In this document: piece after piece, positions 39,269 through 51,779 of the stretch | Layout of the letters: each line of letters begins with the position of its first letter | Position numbering within the stretch: position 1 is the stretch's first letter | From: an uncultured Planctomycetales bacterium | GTDB taxonomy: Bacteria; Omnitrophota; Gorgyraeia; Zapsychrales; JAHFFX01 | Assembly (NCBI GenBank): GCA_964612665.1 | Contig: CAZTCI010000003.1 | Location: forward strand, 969 to 64,968 | Direction of reading: 5' to 3' | DNA length: 64,000 nt | Translations under genes and position numbers: made by a program | Notes under the pieces: generated by a model | The model's database searches: none | The model's input: the letters and a program-made list of their open reading frames with translations, nothing else | What the model was told of the DNA's origin: nothing

Positions 39269-39649
39269 TTAATCTGCGGGTTTGGCTTCGGCTTGAGATT
39301 TTAGTGAAAAAAGACTAATGAGAACGTTTTGTTTTTTCTCGGCCTTTTTAGGCGCCAAATTTTTACGTTGGGCCCTTAAAGGCCTGGTCTGCAATTTGAT
39401 AATGTCATTGCTGTCGACAAACTGCATTTCTGAATTCTCGGACAGAAGTTTATCACCGAGATTATTAGCGGACTTAAGCGTCAAAATTCCATACATAATA
39501 TTACCATTCTCATCAAGCAAACGGCGGACTTCTTTATCTTTTTTCTTTCCCTGGTAAGCCAAATCAAAAATCTGCATTTGCAAATTGATATAAATCAAAG
39601 CCAGCACCGTCAAAACCATCGTCGTTTTCATAAATCGCATTAAAGTCAT
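39269..39649 (-). CDS. ftsL: cell division protein FtsL-like
   Basis: Small bitopic protein between rsmH and ftsI. Confidence 0.55.
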   Translation of the reverse strand: MTLMRFMKTTMVLTVLALIYINLQMQIFDLAYQGKKKDKEVRRLLDENGNIMYGILTLKSANNLGDKLLSENSEMQFVDSNDIIKLQTRPLRAQRKNLAPKKAEKKQNVLISLFSLKSQAEAKPAD

Positions 39650-40581
39650 GAGGTCCTTTCCGCGACCCGCAGACGTGCGCTTCTGGCGCGCGGGTTATTC
39701 AACGTTTCTTGTTCACTGGGACGTAAAGGTTTTTTGACAATCAATTTGACTTTGCCGTCTTTGTTCCAAATGCGAAATTTCTCTTTGACGATTCGGTCTT
39801 CTAAGGAATGAAATGAAATCACGCAAATGCGTCCGCCGGTTTTTAAAAAATTGACACTTTTACTAAGAAGGATGTCGAGCGCTTCCAATTCGCGATTGAC
39901 CGCGATGCGGATGGCTTGAAATGTACGGGTCGCCGGATGAATACGGTTGTCTTGATAACGGTAAGGAATGGCTTTCAAAATAGCTTCGGAAAGATCACGG
40001 GTCGATTCAATAGGGGCTTTTGAGCGTTGAAGAATAAGATTGTGAGCAATCCGGTGGTGCCATCTTTCCTGGCCAAAATTCTTTAAGATGGAAGAAATTT
40101 CTTTCTCTGAAAGAGAATTCACCAGATCATAGGCGGAGATAAAAGTTTTTTGATCCATGCGCATATCCAGCGGTCCGTCGAGCTTAATGCTAAAACCCCT
40201 TTCAGCATTATCGAGCTGATAACTTGAAATGCCCAGGTCAAAAAGCATAGCGTCGACTTCATGAATATTAAGCCGCTGTAGAATTCGATCGACATTACGA
40301 AAATCGTCATGAACTAATTGATAGCTACGGCCGAAGGATTGAAGCTTCTGTTCGGCAATCCCCAAGGAAGCTTCATCGCGGTCAATGCCAATTAAGCGTC
40401 CCTGCTCGCCTATTTTTTCAATGATCTTAACGGAATGCCCGCCGAGACCAACGGTGCCATCAACAACGACAGCGCCGGGCTTCAAATTTAAATACTCTAA
40501 AACTTCTTGGGACATAACTGGAATGTGGGAGGATGAATTATGCATGGTTTCTAAAACCTCTTGTAAAGATAGATCTTTCAT
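39646..40581 (-). CDS. rsmH: 16S rRNA (cytosine1402-N4)-methyltransferase
   Basis: MraW family (GGHS, DxGxSS). Confidence 0.9.
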   Translation of the reverse strand: MKDLSLQEVLETMHNSSSHIPVMSQEVLEYLNLKPGAVVVDGTVGLGGHSVKIIEKIGEQGRLIGIDRDEASLGIAEQKLQSFGRSYQLVHDDFRNVDRILQRLNIHEVDAMLFDLGISSYQLDNAERGFSIKLDGPLDMRMDQKTFISAYDLVNSLSEKEISSILKNFGQERWHHRIAHNLILQRSKAPIESTRDLSEAILKAIPYRYQDNRIHPATRTFQAIRIAVNRELEALDILLSKSVNFLKTGGRICVISFHSLEDRIVKEKFRIWNKDGKVKLIVKKPLRPSEQETLNNPRARSARLRVAERTS

Positions 40582-40599
40582 CGTTCTGTTCCTTATGCT

Positions 40600-41037
40600 T
40601 CAAATGTTTAAAACGTTTTCTGCGGTTTTTTCAAAGGCGCCGCTGGAAGTTTCATAAAACTGTTTCCACATTTGCATGTCCCAGATTTCGATTCGATTGG
40701 AAACGCCGATGACAACCGTATCTCTTTTAATGTTGGCAAAATCTTTTAAATACTGCGGGATTAAAAAACGTCCTTGGCGGTCTGGAATCACTTCAACCGC
40801 GCCCGAGAAAAACAACCGGTTAAAATTGCGTGCTTCTTGTTTGGTGAAGGACATATTCTTAAATTTTTGTTCCTGCGTGCGCCATTCTTCTTCGGTAAAC
40901 ATAAAAATGCATTTATCGAGTCCACGCGTCACAAAAAACTTTTCAATTGTATTTTCCTTCGCCACTTCTCGAAACCGCGACGGCAGAATAAGTCGTCCTT
41001 TGCGATCGATGCTGTGGTTATATTCACCGTAAAACAT
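40600..41037 (-). CDS. mraZ: transcriptional regulator MraZ
   Basis: Tandem MraZ domains (DRKGRLILP... DRQGRFLIP). Confidence 0.9.
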   Translation of the reverse strand: MFYGEYNHSIDRKGRLILPSRFREVAKENTIEKFFVTRGLDKCIFMFTEEEWRTQEQKFKNMSFTKQEARNFNRLFFSGAVEVIPDRQGRFLIPQYLKDFANIKRDTVVIGVSNRIEIWDMQMWKQFYETSSGAFEKTAENVLNI

Positions 41038-41126
41038 ATATTTTCCTTCGAAAATTTACGTAAAACACAGGTAGGATTGTTTAAATTAGCAAACCACTTT
41101 ACTCCATTTCTCTCCACTTGGTGGTG

Positions 41127-41155
41127 AGTATAGAAAACCACACAGGGTTTGTCAA
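41127..41155 (-). promoter_or_regulatory. sigma70-type promoter of the mraZ/dcw operon
   Basis: Minus strand reads TTGACA, 17 nt, TATACT. Immediately downstream are three (G/A)TGG(A/T) direct repeats at 10-bp spacing, which look like MraZ boxes. Confidence 0.6.
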
Positions 41156-41323
41156 CATTTAAATCGGTTAATTTGAGGATAAAGACTCAAAACACAATGA
41201 ATTGGGCAAATGAACAGATTAGGAACTAAATATGGTAGGAATTTTCAGAGCAAAAAAACGCGCGGCACGATCACTATTAAATAAAAATTTAATATGAAAA
41301 TAAATTCACTGTGAAAAAGGCTT

Positions 41324-42265
41324 TTAAATGGTGGAGTGATTTTGAAAATAGCGACGAGTTTGCTTCTCATCGCTTTTCAATTGAGAGATTAATTGCGGTG
41401 GTGAGGAAAATTTTTTTTCGTTACGTATTTTTTTAAAAAATTCAACAGCAACATATTCGTTATAGATATTTTGTTTGAAATCTAAAATATAAACTTCTAA
41501 AGTCGGCGGACCGCCAGGCGAATTAAACGACGGACGCCAGCCGATATTGGCCATCGCCGGCCAGTGTTTATCTTTCCAAAACACACTAACAATATAAACG
41601 CCCGCCGGAGGCAACACACCGCTTTCTAATTTAATATTTGCCGTCGGAAATCCTAACAACTTACCTCTTTTCTCTCCATGCACAACGCATCCACTAACGG
41701 CCACATGCCGGCCTAATAAACACATGGCATGATAAAGTTGTCCGCCAGAAATTAATCGGCGGATACGCGTGCTGCTAATAATACGCTTGTCACCCTTAAC
41801 CGCCGATATTGGGTGAACTTTAAAACCATAACGTTCGGCCTCTTCCTGAAAAAGATGCACATTCCCCTGGCGGTCCTGTCCAAAACGAAAATCCCCGCCG
41901 ACAAAAACTTCCTTAGGCTTAATTTTATTAACCAAATACTTTTTGATAAATGCTTCGGGTACCAATTGAGAAAATTTTTTTGTAAAACGAATAAGGATAC
42001 AAACATCGACGCCCAATGCTTCAATACATTTTAATCGCGATTCAATCGATGTTAACAAAGGGCATTCGATCTCAGGATGAAGAACCTGCACGGGATGCGG
42101 ATGAAAAGTCATCACAACACTAGTCCCTTTAACCTTCCTGGCTTTCTCGACAACGTTTTTAATTAAAACCTGATGGCCGCGGTGCACACCATCAAAAACA
42201 CCGATTGCCAAAAAAACTTTTTTAAAATTAAATGCCGTCTTGCCAAGATCGTATATGATTTTCAT
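41324..42265 (-). CDS. ribF: bifunctional riboflavin kinase / FMN adenylyltransferase
   Basis: FAD synthetase N-domain (GVFDGVHRGH) and riboflavin kinase C-domain. Confidence 0.9.
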   Translation of the reverse strand: MKIIYDLGKTAFNFKKVFLAIGVFDGVHRGHQVLIKNVVEKARKVKGTSVVMTFHPHPVQVLHPEIECPLLTSIESRLKCIEALGVDVCILIRFTKKFSQLVPEAFIKKYLVNKIKPKEVFVGGDFRFGQDRQGNVHLFQEEAERYGFKVHPISAVKGDKRIISSTRIRRLISGGQLYHAMCLLGRHVAVSGCVVHGEKRGKLLGFPTANIKLESGVLPPAGVYIVSVFWKDKHWPAMANIGWRPSFNSPGGPPTLEVYILDFKQNIYNEYVAVEFFKKIRNEKKFSSPPQLISQLKSDEKQTRRYFQNHSTI

Positions 42266-42899
42266 TAAATGCCTCTAATGTCACAGCCCCTTCAATCCGA
42301 AAAGGGCCCACTTTTATACGTTCAATCTGCGAAATACACGCCCCGCATCCTAAAACTTCGCCGACGTCTTGAGCGAGTTGGCGAATATACGTACCTTTGG
42401 AACATTCCACATAAAACTCAGCATAAGGTGAAGAAAATTGAAGCAATTTAAAAACATCTATACGAATTGACCGCGCCGGTCTTTCCACTTCAATTCCCCG
42501 ACGGGCTAACTGATAAAGTTTTTGCCCTTTCACCTTAATCGCGGAAACCATCGGTGGAATTTGTTGAATATCTCCGACAAAATTTCCAAAAATTTCTTCC
42601 AATTGATTTGAGGTGATCTTCTCAAACGGCGCTTCACGAATTGTTTTGCCTTGGATATCCGCTGTTGTCGTCGTCAACCCTAATTGCAACGTCGCGCGGT
42701 ATGCTTTGTCAAAGCCAACGAAACGCTGGAATAATTTTGTAGTTCTCCCCAATAAAATAATCAAAACACCCGTCGCCATCGGATCGAGTGTTCCGGCATG
42801 TCCTACGCGGCGCATATTAAGTTTGCGGCGAATAAAACTGACAACATCATGCGATGTCATTCCCGCTTGTTTGTTAATAACAATAATTCCGTCGGTCAT
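42228..42899 (-). CDS. truB: tRNA pseudouridine(55) synthase (short form, no PUA domain)
   Basis: TruB catalytic motif GHAGTLD, 223 aa. Confidence 0.85.
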   Translation of the reverse strand: MTDGIIVINKQAGMTSHDVVSFIRRKLNMRRVGHAGTLDPMATGVLIILLGRTTKLFQRFVGFDKAYRATLQLGLTTTTADIQGKTIREAPFEKITSNQLEEIFGNFVGDIQQIPPMVSAIKVKGQKLYQLARRGIEVERPARSIRIDVFKLLQFSSPYAEFYVECSKGTYIRQLAQDVGEVLGCGACISQIERIKVGPFRIEGAVTLEAFNENHIRSWQDGI

Positions 42900-43858
42900 A
42901 ATATCTTTTCTAATTGGGTTAATATTTTTTGCTTGGCCCCGGTGAGGCCGGCTTCAATGATACAGCCGCTCGCTTTGCGGTGGCCGCCGCCTTTAAAGTG
43001 GGCCGCCAGCTCAGCGACATTGACGCGATTGCCCTGCGCCCGAAAATTCGCCCGCGTCAAATTCGGCTCGCATTCAGTCAAAATGATAATGGCCTCGACG
43101 CCTTTAATCGCTCTTAAGAATGAAAAAATTTTGTCGCGCACATCAAATTCCGGAGAAAATTGATCCAACTTTTTTTTGGTCATGGTTACACACAGCACCC
43201 GGGCGTTATGGAAAGCTTCAAAATCAGGAAGGATCTTAACCAGCATTTCAACATCACGCAGCGGAACCTGCTCATAAAGCTGACGGTAAAAACTGCTCAC
43301 TGAAAAATCAAACCGCATAAGCTCGGCGACAATTGCATGCGAATGGCGCGTCGTGCTGTCGTATCGAAAAGAACCAGTGTCCGTCATAATGCCTAAATAA
43401 AGCAGCATCGCCATGTCTTTCGTTAAAGAAACTTTAGCCTGTTTCAAAAAATCATACAGCACTTCCGCCGTTGACGACGCTTTCGCATCAACATAATTAA
43501 TATGTCCAAAATGATCATTCGTTAAATGATGATCGATGTTGATGATTAAATTCTTGTCATAAACCAATTCTTTAACCTTATCAATTCTCCCCAAATCAGC
43601 GCAGTCAACAACAATCATGACCTCGTAATCCAGTTTCATTTTCCTGGAGACAGGTTTGATCCATGCGCTTTTCGGCATAAACTTAAAACGCGGCGGCAAC
43701 GCCTCAGCATTAATGACGTGAACTTTTTTCCCCAGCTTTTTTAAGAAAATCGCCATTGCCAGCTGGGAAGAAATCGCATCTGCATCAGGACTGATGTGGG
43801 TTGTAACGACAAATTTCTTGTGGACCTTAATTGTTTTTAGTATTTTTGCGAAGTTCAT
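42896..43858 (-). CDS. nrnA: DHH-family phosphoesterase (NrnA-like nanoRNase / pAp phosphatase)
   Basis: DHH motifs (HISPDADA, IINIDHH) and DHHA1 (GGGH). Start set at MNFAKIL; the track N-terminus overlaps rbfA. Confidence 0.75.
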   Translation of the reverse strand: MNFAKILKTIKVHKKFVVTTHISPDADAISSQLAMAIFLKKLGKKVHVINAEALPPRFKFMPKSAWIKPVSRKMKLDYEVMIVVDCADLGRIDKVKELVYDKNLIINIDHHLTNDHFGHINYVDAKASSTAEVLYDFLKQAKVSLTKDMAMLLYLGIMTDTGSFRYDSTTRHSHAIVAELMRFDFSVSSFYRQLYEQVPLRDVEMLVKILPDFEAFHNARVLCVTMTKKKLDQFSPEFDVRDKIFSFLRAIKGVEAIIILTECEPNLTRANFRAQGNRVNVAELAAHFKGGGHRKASGCIIEAGLTGAKQKILTQLEKIL

Positions 43859-44195
43859 TGTTAATTTCCTCCAGCGTTGTTTCGATACGCGCGCCATACT
43901 CAATCGATTTATCAAAAATAAACTGAAACTCCGGCGTGTAGCGCATGCGGATGCGTTCACCGATTAATTTCCGGATAAACCCGCGGGCGTTGTCCAACGC
44001 TTCCTGAGCTTTTTTGACCTGGACGTTTGTTCCAAGAACACTGAAATAAACTTTCGAATGCTGCAAATCTTTCGACACTTCCACGTGCGTGATTGTCACA
44101 AATTCTAGACGGGGATCTTTCATTTCCATCAAAACAATATTGCCGATTTCCCGTTTTATACTTTGATTTACCTTTTCAATTCTTCCCATGACCAA
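43827..44195 (-). CDS. rbfA: ribosome-binding factor A
   Basis: RbfA family, 122 aa. Confidence 0.85.
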   Translation of the reverse strand: MVMGRIEKVNQSIKREIGNIVLMEMKDPRLEFVTITHVEVSKDLQHSKVYFSVLGTNVQVKKAQEALDNARGFIRKLIGERIRMRYTPEFQFIFDKSIEYGARIETTLEEINNELRKNTKNN

Positions 44196-45615
44196 CCTCT
44201 TTTCTTTTTATGACCTGCCATTGTTGAGAAGCGGCTTTCAATTCATCTTGTTTTCCATGAAGGAGCCCGTCTAATTTTTGATAAAGAACTTGTTTTAAAA
44301 TTTCGCCTGTATATTTTCCGGATTCAATGCCGATTAGTTTTAGATCATGTCCGTTAATTTCTAATGCGGCCGATTGATAACGTTCAAAATAATCTTTGAT
44401 ATATTTTTTTGTTGTTGCGCTTACAGTAGTCGCGGCAAAAAAAACAATCGCCTCGGTGCTTAATGGATGTAGCTCAGCGTAAACTTCATACGGCCGCCTC
44501 TTTTTTTTGTTTAGAAATTCATGGATTGACGGCAAAACAGCGACGGTTAGGACTTTTGCAGAATCCGTCGTCCGAGAATGAAAACTCTTCAGCAAACGAG
44601 TCAAATCCGACAACGGTATTTTCTCAGCAAGCGCCATGAAATAAACGAGCCAACGGTTTATGCTCTCGGGACTATTTATTGATTTCTGAAAAAGAACTTC
44701 TATCTTTTCCATCTGTTTAACAGCTAAAAGTGCTTTGGAGGAAGGAATATTCCAAAAAAAATTAAACGCCTTTAAATTGTTTAAACGCTTAATCGACTTA
44801 CTTGGTTTTGGCTCATCAAAGATTTTACGAAACTCTTCAAAATAACGCGGCGGCTTTAAATGCAAAATCACTTTTTTCTTAAGCGCACGCCTGAATAGGC
44901 CCAAAGTCTTGGGTTCAATTTTAAAATCCAAACGCTGTTCGAAACGAACAGCGCGCAGGATTCTCGTCGGATCATCAATAAAACTCTTTTCATGCAGAAC
45001 GCGAACTTTTTTTTCCTTAAGATCTTGAAAACCATTATACAAATCAACCAGCTCGCCAAACGTCTTTCTATTAATTTTAATCGCCATCGCGTTAATTGTA
45101 AAATCCCGACGGAATAAATCATTCTTGATGGAACCAAACGCCACAACCGGCAATGCCCCGCTGTGCGGATACGTTTCCTTGCGGGCCGTCGCAAAGTCGA
45201 TGCGCCGCCCGCTTTTCAATATCACCGTTGCCGTCTTAAATTGAGGATAACGCGTCATTATCACTTGTTTTCTTTGCGCAAAATCTTCCGCAAAACCCAA
45301 CGCATCTTCTTCAACGACAATATCCACATCCAGATTCTTTTGCAAACTTTTATCAGGAACATTACGAACCAGCGGGTTCTGCCGCGGTGATCCGTTCGTG
45401 GGCCCATCCGCCTGGTGTGGATCCTCCCACTCTCTCCTCACCGCGTCACCCGCTGTCGACGAATTTATATTTATGTGCTGAGTTTTATTTAACAAAAGAT
45501 CGCGCACAAACCCGCCGACGACATAAGCCGCCGTTGAGCGCTTATCAGCCAGCCAGCCGATTTCTCTTAAGATCTTCTCTAAATCTTTATCTAACGACGC
45601 TAATAAATTTTTCAT
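44176..45615 (-). CDS. cca: CCA-adding / poly(A) polymerase-family tRNA nucleotidyltransferase, with an in-frame repeat-element insertion
   Basis: Pol-beta-type head (GGFVRDLLL...DVDIVVE). A ~45-aa GC-rich insertion falls between these two motifs and corresponds to copy 3 of the MITE-like element. Confidence 0.75.
   Translation of the reverse strand: MKNLLASLDKDLEKILREIGWLADKRSTAAYVVGGFVRDLLLNKTQHININSSTAGDAVRREWEDPHQADGPTNGSPRQNPLVRNVPDKSLQKNLDVDIVVEEDALGFAEDFAQRKQVIMTRYPQFKTATVILKSGRRIDFATARKETYPHSGALPVVAFGSIKNDLFRRDFTINAMAIKINRKTFGELVDLYNGFQDLKEKKVRVLHEKSFIDDPTRILRAVRFEQRLDFKIEPKTLGLFRRALKKKVILHLKPPRYFEEFRKIFDEPKPSKSIKRLNNLKAFNFFWNIPSSKALLAVKQMEKIEVLFQKSINSPESINRWLVYFMALAEKIPLSDLTRLLKSFHSRTTDSAKVLTVAVLPSIHEFLNKKKRRPYEVYAELHPLSTEAIVFFAATTVSATTKKYIKDYFERYQSAALEINGHDLKLIGIESGKYTGEILKQVLYQKLDGLLHGKQDELKAASQQWQVIKRKEVGHGKN
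45365..45476 (-). repeat. MITE-like element copy 3, diverged, in-frame inside the cca-family CDS
   Basis: The reverse complement aligns with the copy 1/2 core (gtgggaggatccacaccaggcggatgggcccacgaacgg versus gtgggaggatccacactgggcggaggggcccacaagcgg, plus flanks). The host ORF stays open. Confidence 0.65.
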
Positions 45616-45626
45616 AAGTCAGCGAT

Positions 45627-46510
45627 TTATGGCCGCGGATGAAACTCTTTGTGAATGGTCCGCAACCGTTCTCTGTCGACGTGCGTATAAATTTGCGTTG
45701 TTGAAATATCCGAATGCCCAAGCATCTCCTGGACAGAACGTAAATCCGCGCCGTGTTCCAAAAGATGCGTGGCGAACGAATGCCGGATCGTATGCGGCTT
45801 GATCCGTTTTTTAATCTGGGCTTTCGCGCCGTAGCGTTTAATAATTTTCCAAATACTCTGCCGGCTTATCCGTTTGCCTAGACGACTTAAAAATAAATTG
45901 GGCGGCAGTTCCGCTTTTTTAATTTTGCGCCGGATTTTTTCAATATAAGCCTTAATAGCTTCCCGCGATTTTTTTCCAATGGGAATCAGCCGCTCTTTAC
46001 TTCCCTTTCCGATACAGCGGATATAGCCGCTCTCCAGATTCACATTTTCCATTTTCAAATCAACAAGTTCAGAAACCCGCATCCCGCTCGCATACAAAAG
46101 CTCGACGATCGCTTGATCACGCAATGCCTCACGCGAATGACCAGCAGTTGCTTTAATCATAGATTCAATTTCACCAGACGACAAAACATCCGGAATGCGC
46201 TTCCACATTTTAGGCGTTTCAACCAAAGTTGTTGGATCCTCTTTGGCCAGGCGTTCTTTGACGAGAAAACGGTGGAACATTTTGATCGCCGCCAGATTAC
46301 GGCAAATGGAATTGGTGGACAAATTTTTATTTTTTTGGTCATACATGTACTCGGTGACATGGTGGCGGTTGACCTGATCGACGACGCCGATTTTCTTACT
46401 GTCCAAAAAATCAGTATATTTCGTTAAGTCATGCCGGTAAGCGACGAGCGTGTTCCGCGCTAAGCCACGCTCAACTGACAAATGATTAATAAATTCTTCA
46501 ATAAATTCTT

Positions 46511-46514
<4 letters not shown>
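45627..46514 (-). CDS. xerD: tyrosine site-specific recombinase XerD/XerC
   Basis: Catalytic residues R..K..HxxR..Y (HTLRHSFATHLL, HSDISTTQIYTHV). Confidence 0.8.
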
Positions 46515-49070
<2,556 letters not shown>

Positions 49071-49074
49071 TCAG

Positions 49075-49145
49075 AACGCGAATTTTCGCAAATTGCACAC
49101 GAATATTCGCGAAAATTCGTGTGCAATTCGCGAAAATTCGCGTTA
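49075..49145. repeat. REP-like palindromic element, 'acacacgaat' family, copy B
   Basis: Near-perfect palindrome ttgcacacgaatattcgcgaaaattcgtgtgcaa between ligA and acyP. Confidence 0.7.
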
Positions 49146-49147
49146 AC

Positions 49148-49426
49148 CTAAGTTACAATCTCAAAATCCCGAAAAACCCCCAGCGAAGGCACCCAGTCAA
49201 TTTTCTCATCCCGAATATAACCTTCATAACGTTTTTTTAAATTGACCTGCAGAGATTGAATGTCCTCTTTGGCCCCTTCCACTTCAATCTCAACCTGGCC
49301 GTCGGCTAAATTCCTAACCCATCCGACGAGTTTCAACTCCCGCGCGTAGCGCTGTGTTGTATACCGAAACCCGACGCCTTGAACAGCGCCGGAGTAGAAT
49401 ATGTGGGCGTGGGTGATAGGAGACAT
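49148..49426 (-). CDS. acyP: acylphosphatase
   Basis: VQGVGFR and GWVRN motifs, 92 aa. Confidence 0.85.
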   Translation of the reverse strand: MSPITHAHIFYSGAVQGVGFRYTTQRYARELKLVGWVRNLADGQVEIEVEGAKEDIQSLQVNLKKRYEGYIRDEKIDWVPSLGVFRDFEIVT

Positions 49427-49456
49427 CGGAAATTATATGTTATGTGGATGCAATTA

Positions 49457-49717
49457 TTAAGTGTTGGAGGAAAAATAATCTTTCAACATCATTCTCAAAG
49501 CGACTTTGCCTTTAGTTGTCTTGAAATACTGCTCTCTTCTAATTGCGTCGCTTTTGAGTAAATAAGCTTCATAAAAAATCAGCTTTAATGGTCTTCTAAA
49601 TTTCGTAGATGGAACTTCGCCATCATTATGCCGTTTCATTCTTTGATCAATGTCTTCTGTGAAGCCTGTGTATAGTAATAGATCTTTTTGGCTGGGGAGG
49701 ATGTAGACGTAATACAT
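49457..49717 (-). CDS. GIY-YIG nuclease-family small protein (UPF0213-like)
   Basis: YYVYIL...LYTGFTEDIDQRMKRHN. Start set at the internal Met because the upstream ORF extension overlaps tRNA-downstream hairpins. Confidence 0.6.
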   Translation of the reverse strand: MYYVYILPSQKDLLLYTGFTEDIDQRMKRHNDGEVPSTKFRRPLKLIFYEAYLLKSDAIRREQYFKTTKGKVALRMMLKDYFSSNT

Positions 49718-49863
49718 AGCTGAAAGCAACTCTATCCTGTACCAGTCGCTTCGCTCCGGTACAGGACTCATAAACCCTAGTGTCGTTTACTTCGGGCCTG
49801 CCATAAACCTGAGCGAGTCATTCTTCATCGCTTTCCTTCGTTGCATGACTCGCGAATGGTTTA

Positions 49864-49940
49864 TGGTCGGGGAGGAGGGATTTGAACCCTCGACCTCAAC
49901 GTCCCGAACGTTGCGCGCTAGCCAACTGCGCTACTCCCCG
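49864..49940 (-). tRNA. tRNA-Pro (anticodon CGG), CCA encoded
   Basis: Minus-strand sequence CGGGGAGTAGCGCAGTTGGCTAGCGCGCAACGTTCGGGACGTTGAGGTCGAGGGTTCAAATCCCTCCTCCCCGACCA. Anticodon loop TTCGGGA. Confidence 0.8.
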
Positions 49941-50069
49941 AATGTCGTGTTAATAATTTTTTAAAATGGAAAGTTAACAATAAATGAAGGGTTAGTTTAT
50001 CATTCTGATTTTCGTTCGTCAACCATGGATTCTATTTCTGTAAGGCTAACGTGTCGGCGGCGGGAAAAT

Positions 50070-50507
50070 TTATTCTGTTTCTTTAATACTAAATCCAATA
50101 TCAGCTTCAGCCACGAGTTTATCGGCAACGAGCGTTTTGATTCTTAAAAATCCGGCCTTAGGCAGCATCTTGATTGAAGTGACTTCAATTCTTAATTGAT
50201 CGCCCGGGACAACCGGCGCGTGGAATTTGGCTTCGACTCGGGCCAAATAGTAGGTCAAAGTTTTGCCGTGCATATTTTTACTGTAGTAAAAAAAGACGCA
50301 GCCTGCCTGGGCCATGGCTTCAATAATCAAAACGCCCGGCATGATCTTCTCTCCGGGAAAATGCCCAACGAAAAACTGCTCATTGATCGAAACGTTTTTA
50401 ATCGCAACCAGTTTTTCCCGCGGCACGATCTCAAGCACTTTGTCGATCAGCAAAAACGGGAAACGGTGAGGAATAATTTTTTTAATTTCACGAATGTCAA
50501 GTTCCAT
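50070..50507 (-). CDS. fabZ: 3-hydroxyacyl-ACP dehydratase
   Basis: Hotdog fold with the catalytic motif (FFVGHFPGEKIMPGVLIIEAMAQ). Confidence 0.9.
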   Translation of the reverse strand: MELDIREIKKIIPHRFPFLLIDKVLEIVPREKLVAIKNVSINEQFFVGHFPGEKIMPGVLIIEAMAQAGCVFFYYSKNMHGKTLTYYLARVEAKFHAPVVPGDQLRIEVTSIKMLPKAGFLRIKTLVADKLVAEADIGFSIKETE

Positions 50508-50520
50508 AAAGTTCCTTTCA

Positions 50521-50603
50521 GCGTATAGCGGGTAGCGGGTAGTGAAATTTTATAAATACTAAACACCTATCCGCTATGTACTTTCCGCTACCTAACTGAT
50601 CCA
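50521..50603. repeat. palindromic element 'tagcggtcagcgg / ccgctatccgctgcc' family, copy a
   Basis: gcgggtagcgggtag ... ctatccgctatg..ccgctacc inverted repeats. Related to copies at 51967-52029, 53625-53850 and 55085-55275. Confidence 0.6.
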
Positions 50604-51779
50604 CTTAAGAATAGGCGTTTCGAAAAATTGCTTTAACGGCATTTCGGATGTTCCCACAACCAGCGTCTTGGATTTAGGATATTCTTTGAAAAAAAGAGAT
50701 AAACCGGATAAAGCTTTACGTTTTCCACTTTTGACTTCAATGGCAACGATCTTGTTTCCTTTACGCATAATAAAATCGATCTCATCATTGCCTTCACGCC
50801 AATAATAGACTTCTACTCCGGCCGCTAAGCCGTTGTTCACCAAATGCGCTCCCACCGCTACCTCTACTAAACGTCCCCACGATTCGAAATCATTTCTCCA
50901 TTCACTGAAACTGCGATTGGCCAGTGCCGTCATCAAACCCGTATTTAACGGCAGCCATTTGGGAATCGATGCGCGCTGCCGGACTTTATTGCCTGACCAT
51001 TTAGAAATTCCGCAAATCAAAAATGCAGATTCGAGAAGTCTCTGATAATGGGCGAGGGTTGTTGTGTTCCCGGCATCATGCAGCTGTCCTAGGATTTTTT
51101 GATAAGAAAGGATCTGCCCTCCATACGTACAGGCAAGAACAAACAACTGCCGCAATAAAGCTGGTTTCTCAACGCTGGTCAAAAGCAAGATATCTTTTGA
51201 AATCGCTGTCTCGATAAGAGAATCTCGGATGTATTGCCCCCAGCGTTCTTCCTCATCGATTAAAGAAGCGGCGCCGGGATATCCACCAAAATAAATATAC
51301 TGATCGATTGACCAATGAAAGGCATCCCGGCATTCTTCCCAAGACCAATGGGGAAAACGAATGACCTCAAAACGCCCGGCTAAACTTTCCTCTAAACCTT
51401 TTTTGATCAGCAAAGACGATGATCCGAGAAGAACGACCAGAAGCGGCCGGGACAAACGCGTGTCTTCATCCCATAGCCGCTTGACTTCCGTTGACCAATG
51501 GGATATTTTCTGAATCTCATCGAGGATCAAAATGACCGGCGTCTTGTTTTCAAGCTTTAATCTGGCTGCTTCCCATTGTCGGGAAATCCACCCCGTGTCC
51601 GGAGGTGCGGGTAAATCGGCAGCGGCATAATGATACGGGATATTTAATTCTCCGACAACCTGCTGAATCGCCGTCGTCTTTCCCACCTGCCGAGGACCGA
51701 TAATCGCTTGAATGAAACGTCTTTTTTCTTTCAGCCGTTGTTTGATAGCCTCAGCGATGGGACGTTTATATCTTTTCAT
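50592..51779 (-). CDS. AAA+ ATPase, COG1373 / DUF4143 family
   Basis: Walker A GPRQVGKTT and Walker B ILILDEIQ. C-terminal DUF4143-like region. Confidence 0.8.
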   Translation of the reverse strand: MKRYKRPIAEAIKQRLKEKRRFIQAIIGPRQVGKTTAIQQVVGELNIPYHYAAADLPAPPDTGWISRQWEAARLKLENKTPVILILDEIQKISHWSTEVKRLWDEDTRLSRPLLVVLLGSSSLLIKKGLEESLAGRFEVIRFPHWSWEECRDAFHWSIDQYIYFGGYPGAASLIDEEERWGQYIRDSLIETAISKDILLLTSVEKPALLRQLFVLACTYGGQILSYQKILGQLHDAGNTTTLAHYQRLLESAFLICGISKWSGNKVRQRASIPKWLPLNTGLMTALANRSFSEWRNDFESWGRLVEVAVGAHLVNNGLAAGVEVYYWREGNDEIDFIMRKGNKIVAIEVKSGKRKALSGLSLFFKEYPKSKTLVVGTSEMPLKQFFETPILKWIS

